Of a stretch of 64,000 nucleotides of DNA, positions 57,671 through 64,000 are shown one piece after another. The position numbers and the translations under genes were made by a program. The notes under the pieces are model-generated. The model saw only the letters and a program-made list of their open reading frames with translations, was not told the DNA's origin and did no database searches. This DNA comes from Oikopleura dioica (Eukaryota > Animalia > Chordata), in NCBI GenBank assembly GCA_907165135.1, contig OU015570.1, positions 992,001 through 1,056,000 of the forward strand. Reading direction: 5' to 3'. The stretch's first letter is position 1. Each line of letters opens with the position of its first letter.

Positions 57671-59010
57671 AGTCCCTGTTTATGAGACTCAGTCGTTTTG
57701 ACGTGGCCTGTATCAAGCACGCGGGAAATGAGATCTTGCGATTATCGCTGCTGATGCGTTGTCTAGAGTCTTCAAGAATTCCGAGTTCAACGACTTTGAC
57801 GATAGTGACGACGATAAGGGTAAAGTGTGTTTTAAGTGGTTCTAACACCGCGCACGCAAATCGGCGCCTTGCTAAAGATGACTCAGTACAATCTCCGCTC
57901 AAATGCTAGAAATCAGCAAAAAGAACGCGTTTTTGTCGTTTATGGAGTTGGTAACACGTACAAAATGATTCATAGGCTATAAATTATAGGGCACAACTTA
58001 GCGATGAGTACATCCTAAATCAAATTCATCTTAAGAAGCTCACTCAGCATGGGAACGGACTTAATAATGCTGAAAATGGCGCATACCGATCTCAACTATT
58101 TCTACCCGACGATCTTGCGCACTATCTTTGTAGCTTTGTGCACGTGAGCATGGGACATCGTGAATCCGAAGCGCTGGCAACAATCTTTTCGCGAAATTTC
58201 GCTGCGCGAAACAATCAGATAATCACCAATTATATTTGCACAGGATGCTCTAGTTGTGTTATGGACCATAAGTTATGGTCAAGCAAAAACCACCGCTCAA
58301 CTCCTGCGAGCGACCACGGCCAAATATCGTTTGTGTTTCTTGGGCTAACACGTTTATGAACATCACTGACATGGGTGCTCCAGATGATCAAGGCAATCGA
58401 TACGTGCTTGGGATTTTTGACTCTCTCACGCATTTTTTCGTCGCTGCTCCAATAGAAAAAAACCCGCAAGAAGTGTCGCTAAAACCTTTGCTACACTTCT
58501 ACTCTGTCAAAATGTCACAAACTGTCGTATCATAACGGACAATGACGCCACTTTCCAAGCGATCGAGCTACTGCTGAAGAAGTTTCACATTACTGTTGGA
58601 TTTATCAGTCCCAATTCACCGGCAGGCAATCGCATAGAAAGGTGCTGGCAAAAACTAAAGATCAAGAGTCAAAGAACTGAATTGTCATGTGATGCTTAGT
58701 CCCATGAGCTCTGTTATCTTGTGTTCTTGGTAAACAGATCTCCGTCAAAGAGTGTTAATTTTCTGAGCGAGTGTTTGGCTGATAGAAGCCTCCTTCTATC
58801 GATTTTTCAAACTTCGAAATACGAAGATCTACAGACCTACAATCCGACGGCCTGGTTTATCTCGGGCTGGTCGCGAGCCTTGGGAGTTGAACTTTCTCGG
58901 CCAGAAATGAAGAAGTTTTTGAACTCAGAACAGCCGCTTCTGAAGGCTGTTGAACTCAAACCAGGAACTGAAAAATTTTTTTCGGCGTCCCTAACACCAC
59001 GAAACTAAAA
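57671..59010 (+). pseudogene. pol: Decayed gypsy pol (RNase H end + integrase)
   Basis: MRLSRFDV...IIAADALSR; HVSMGH...CTGCSSC; TDMGAPDDQGNRYVLGIFDSLTHF; TDNDATF; GNRIERCW. Confidence 0.8.
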
Positions 59011-60343
59011 CCACGGTAATTTAAACTTTTGTTCAAAGGCCAAGCTACCTACTATGACCATGAAACTACAGGCGGGTTGCTTCGAATTCAAAACTACTTA
59101 AAGGCGCAGCTTGCGGCGTAATATCAGATTTTTGATGCCTCTCCCGAAATCGGATAAAATTCAATTTACTGGCTGTTCCAAAATTTTGGTAATAGAATTT
59201 CTTCTCCTTGAACCTCAGAATTGTATTTAATAGAAATAAAATTACAAAATTTTCCAGGGAAAATTTTCAGACCGATATCTTTATTTATCTGATTTTTTCA
59301 TAAAATAATGATAGCATGACTTGAAGGAGCCACGTTGCTGGATGGCGGAATCCTTGAAGAACGCGCTTGAGGCGTAACATAAATCGACTTCTTTCGCACC
59401 CACTACATACGACTAGTTCGCGCTACGCCACTTGATATTTATGCGAATCTGACCTTCTAAGACTGTAGCCGAACTGCTTTCCTGGAACGACCTGCGAGCA
59501 AAAAAGACGTGCACGGAGAAACGACAAGTTGAGATCGCTGCGAATTCAATATTTTATTGGTAGAAACATACCGTCAATGTCTTGAAGAGATCTTGACAGA
59601 AGCTGAGCGGATGACGCTACAAAGACGCGATCATCACAGTGGCGCGTCTCATGTGTTCGGCCTCGTGAAGTTAGCTCTGGAAAGTCATAATACTTACAGT
59701 GGATATGGTCGATTCCGCAGATTTTTTTTACCAATTTCGCTGAAATCCGTGGAATTGACGACTTTGCCAGAATTCCACAGTTTTTTGACAAAAAGACCAT
59801 CCTGATGTCAGAATTCATATTTTTGTTTCGCCAGAAATACATATTTTTGAGTAAGTATGAAAGTGAGAATTTTTACTTCTCATTTTCCGTGCTCTTTTCA
59901 CTCGGAAGAAAATGCATTTGATGAAATATCGTCAAAAATATAGATTAAAGTTGCCTAAATAGCTCGAACAAACAAATTGGTTCGTTTTAACAGTAAAAAT
60001 CTCAGCGGGCGCTCGAGTATGCCAGACTTAATCCCGTGTCAGGTGCAACTGAGTCGTGATAAAACTTCCAAATTTGCACAAAATACTAAGAAGGCATAAA
60101 TCAATCCACATTTAAAATTTCAAATTTATCGGATTTATAGTTTTGGAATACCGAGCCCCTAAAGTCTTAAATGACATTGGAATGTACGATTCGTCCCACG
60201 CGGTTAAAAAATTAGGAAAGTCAAGGTTAGGGTGACTTGTAGTTTGTCTGCTTAAAATGCCTATTTTTAAATGAGTCCTTGGTATTGGACCCAGGCGTCA
60301 CTTCAGAGGAGGTATCCTGGGGGTGAGACCCAGGCGTCACTTT

Positions 60344-61743
60344 TGTAATGAATATTGGGTCTGAGGCTAATTGTATACTCAGGGTCCACGCCCAACAAAA
60401 AGCTACCCGAAATAATGCTCGGAATATAGGATTCGGATTATCAGTTCAAGCTCAAGTAGACTCGGATAAGCAGCCAGGGAGACGACAGCACCATGACCCA
60501 GAAAAGAAGTGGGAGTTGATACGGGCGTAAGAGAGCGAGTCATTTAAGCAGCCGGTTAAGGTACTCGTAGAAAGAAGTTCTCAACAAGCAACCAGAAAAA
60601 TTTGACTCGCAATACAAAGCGACTCTCGCTAGAAATCGTGAACTACAAAAAAGTCGCGCGTTGAATTTGCGCAGTCTTCACCTAAAAATCCGAATTCAAT
60701 GTTTTAACAACCGATTGAAAATTTTTTTCTCGAAATTCGGAGGTACAAAGCCTCTTCATGTGGCATTTAGTTTCATTTGGGCTCAGTCATCACACGCCGA
60801 AAGCTCCATGATTTGCCCCCAGTTCACTCGAGTTTTGCCCAGCACCTCTCTTAGCAGGAGTGTAGGAGTTCCTGCATAGTCTTGATAGGGATTTCTACTC
60901 TGCTGCCCTCTGCTGGGGCCGCTGTGTCACACAGCCTGTGTGCATGATATATCATCAACTTCATACTCTGCAATAAACAAGAATTGAAAACGAATGAGAT
61001 TGACAATGGCTTACCGGACTAAATTTCAGCCATTTTTTCTAGCTTAATTTAGCAGTAATATGGCCTATTTTTGGAAAGCCCAAGACCTGGGCTTTCATTT
61101 GGTACCCATATCGAGGGGGTAAGGTTATGCCCGCAAGGCAATTTTGAGGCCGGAAGTACAAAAATAGGCACTAGAACTCTTGCATAAAATTTTTCGATGC
61201 ATTTAGGAGATCAAGAGCATTCGACAGTCAAGTAATAAGAAAGCTCATGCTCTGAGCTTTCTATAGAGCCCAAAAATCTAGCTGCCAGTCGGTCTGTGGC
61301 CTCCAGCGAGCGCTAGACGTCCAATTTTGGTGCCAAAATTTCGCTAAAATTAAAGACAATTCCACAAAAAGTGGCAAAAATGGGGAAATAGGTATTAAAA
61401 TTGATTATTGATTTTCATAAACCCGTTGGCAGCTAGATTTCTTGGGCTCTATAGAAAGCTCAGAGTTTGAGCTTTCTAACAAACCGACTGTCGAATGTTC
61501 TAGATCGCCTAAATGCATCGAAAAATTTGATGCAAGAGTTCTAGTGCCTATTTTTGTACTTCCGGCCTCAAAATTGCCTTGCGGGCATAACCTAACTCCC
61601 TCGATATGGGTACCAAATGAAAGCCCAGGTCTTGGGCTTTCCAAAAATAGGCCATATTACTGCTAAAATAAGCTAGAAAAATGGCTGAAATTTAGTCCGG
61701 TAAGCCAAGAGATTGTGTTAAAGACAAGCAGGTCACTCCAACA
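60344..61743 (+). repeat. 5' LTR of a third gypsy-type element (interrupted by a MITE)
   Basis: TGTAATG...CCAACA, AATAAA at ~60972, followed by AT + PBS and gag. The left boundary is tentative. Confidence 0.6.
61007..61707. mobile_element. ~700-bp palindromic MITE
   Basis: tggcttaccggactaaatttcagcc ... ggctgaaatttagtccggtaagcca; arms ~290 bp. Confidence 0.8.
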
Positions 61744-61745
61744 AT

Positions 61746-61757
61746 TGGTGACTGAAG
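61746..61757 (+). promoter_or_regulatory. Primer-binding site TGGTGACTGAAG
   Basis: 2 nt after the LTR-terminal CA. Confidence 0.7.
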
Positions 61758-61812
61758 TAAAGAACTCGCAACCCCAGACTGCTAGACCAGTACTACTGGC
61801 CTGTGGCGAAAC

Positions 61813-64000
61813 ATGAGGTACACCTACTCAATAACCAGTCTTGATGTGAAACTTCTGGATGCAATCGGAGACAAGGAGGCGACTCTCAGAGGAAAAACAA
61901 CACAGATGTTCTGAACTTCCTGAAAAACAAATATGAGGACAATGCTGGAATAACGAGAGTCCCGATTCGGTTTCCTACAAGTTTGCTTGCCGGAATGTTG
62001 GAATTCTATGATCTGGAACTACATCGACTCGTTGCAGCACCGAAGGACAAGTACCCGAAGTCTGCCTGCTACTATCTTGAAGCCCCAGATCAAATGACGG
62101 AAATGGCGAAAATCATAGAAGCCATGGATAAGCTTGATGAAAACCTCAGGAAAATGATACGATTGAAGAAAATTGTTGAAGTGACACTTGTGAGTAAAGA
62201 AGATTTGGATGATTTGGCGTACAAAGCAGAGAAGTGCTTAGAAGATCAAAAACAGAAGGCTCATGAGGTAAAACAACAAATGGATGTGACGTGCCTCTTT
62301 GAGAATTTCGAAGCGGAACAGGCTGCTACATTGGAGAAGATTCAGCTCGAGGTGGTTAAGAATCAAACGATGTATGAGGAAAATATTGCAAATTTACGTC
62401 AAGTCGTTCAAGAGCTAGAAGATGAATTGAGTCACGATACTGAGAGAACTCGAGAGTTGGAAGCTGAAAATCGGAACCTGAAGGAGAGATATCGAGAGAC
62501 GCTGGAAAGGAACGGAGATCTCCAAGAAGAGCTACGGAGGAAGAATGATGAACGAGGAGAGACCTTCATTCAGAAGATCAAACGTCAAATTACTCCAACC
62601 CGCAAAGCACCTGGTGTTGCGTCAGTAGGGCAATCAACTCCGGTTGAACCGACGACGCAGAGAGTCGGACAGACGAGCGACCCTGCGCGAACCGCGACCG
62701 CAGTGTCGACGCAACAACCAATCAGTGGCACAATTAGTGGTGCAATTAGTGGTCAACCGCAAGACGGGAGAAACACCAGGGTTCAATTCGAGAGACATCG
62801 TGAAAAGGCTCGTTAAGAAATCACTAGCTTCCTCAATGATCTATCGGATAAAAATAAGAGTCTGAATGCTTCGATGAGGAGTGAAGCTGAGGTGAGGATG
62901 GATCTTGATCTGGAACGACGTGGACGGAGTCGAGAAAGACGCTCTTGCGAACTGGCACATCAAACTTGATGTCGAAACTCACCGGGTGGCCGTAATCAGG
63001 CGCGGAGTAATGAACGTGAGTCGATATGGATAGACGACAGACCACTCTCTCGGGATCGAAATCACCGTCCTCTACGTTACGCGCCTTATAAGGGACGACG
63101 TGAGGAATACCGGGATGAGTCGCGACCGCGAGAGTATGGAGACGTGGCTTCAAGAAGGGAAGTTGGAAGAATGCAAGAAAAATCCTACTTTAAAACATCC
63201 ATTAAACCTCCGACTTGGGAGAAGGGCTCATCTCATGCGCAGAGAATCAGCAATCTTAATGACTTTATCGACAAGTTATATGTGTTTCGAATGGTTACGC
63301 CGATGAATGACTATGAGATAATCTACTCAGCACTGGAGAAGAGTGACAGAATGGATATTTTTCGTGAGTTGACGCCTCAAAGCAGAAATAACGTTGACAT
63401 TTTCGTTGCTCACTTGAGAAGAGCGCATGAAGGATCAGCAATGAAGCAGCGAGCAAATCTTGATAACATCAAACAGGGCTCAACAGAGTCACCGCTGAGC
63501 TTCTTTATGAGGTGCATTCGAGAGTATTACCTTGCAAGGGACATGTCTCCGCCAGGACCAGCCGAGATCTATGATGACGACAGACAGATGGATCTGATCC
63601 ATCTTTTATGAGGGTTGAAGCAGCCGAGAGTGGCAGAACATGTTCGGCTGAATACGAAGAGAGTTGAATTTGCAATGCTTGGCAACTTAGCAAATGAAGC
63701 GGCGGAGGCAATGGAACAGACAACTCAGTACATGACGAATATAAGAGTCAACGAAGAACGAGATCCGAGGACACTTAAGTGCTTCAGGTGTGGCATGAAA
63801 GGTCATACAAAACATGAGTGCATGGCGAGCCCAAAGCAAAGAGGGCGATACAAGAGAAGTCTGAGTAGGTCACGCCGACAAGCTACTCCGTATCCTAAGC
63901 AATCAAACAGAGAGAACGACAAAAGTGCTTCGAGGAATCGAAAAGACAACTACGGAGACCAGAAGAGTGATCGTGATAAACGAGAGAGAAGCAATTCTCG
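61813..64000 (+). pseudogene. gag: Gag (coiled-coil N-terminus, capsid-like region, CCHC knuckle), with stops; runs off the window
   Basis: ORFs 61983-62816 and 63144-63611 (KPPTWEKG...KQGSTESPLSF); CFRCGMKGHTKHEC at 63780-63821. Confidence 0.8.

Noticed and set aside
60285-60343. Direct repeat ACCCAGGCGTCACTT as the TSD of the 60.3-kb LTR element
   Set aside because: Both copies lie on the same side of the LTR; it is a local duplication.

Overview
AT-rich eukaryotic DNA made almost entirely of nested transposable elements; no intact host gene is evident. Very short introns (31-48 bp), repeated AG|GA splice donors and env-bearing gypsy-type elements suggest a larvacean tunicate such as Oikopleura. 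That assignment is inferred, not verified. Main contents, in order: (1) A stack of MITEs and foldback elements at 1.9-7.5 kb, including a convergent pair of 21-bp (7-codon) arrays. (2) A complete 6.4-kb LTR retrotransposon (8542-14923, minus strand, 4-bp TSD). Its Gag ends in a CCCH zinc finger, Gag and Pol are separated by a single UGA-CUA, most of RT and all of RNase H are deleted in frame, and it carries an orphan ORF. (3) Two minimal hammerhead ribozymes and Penelope-like remnants. (4) pogo-, hAT- and Harbinger-like MITEs. (5) A class-I-fusion-type env gene split by a 9.7-kb Mutator-like element (42547-52284, 9-bp TSD, ~210-bp TIRs). This element carries a MULE transposase, a Ulp1 protease, a coiled-coil gene and intron-containing fragments of host CDC6 and CLPX, i.e. 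a Pack-MULE. (6) A decayed hAT transposase, a decayed gypsy pol, and the 5' LTR plus gag of another gypsy element running off the right edge. All coordinates and alignments were made by eye.
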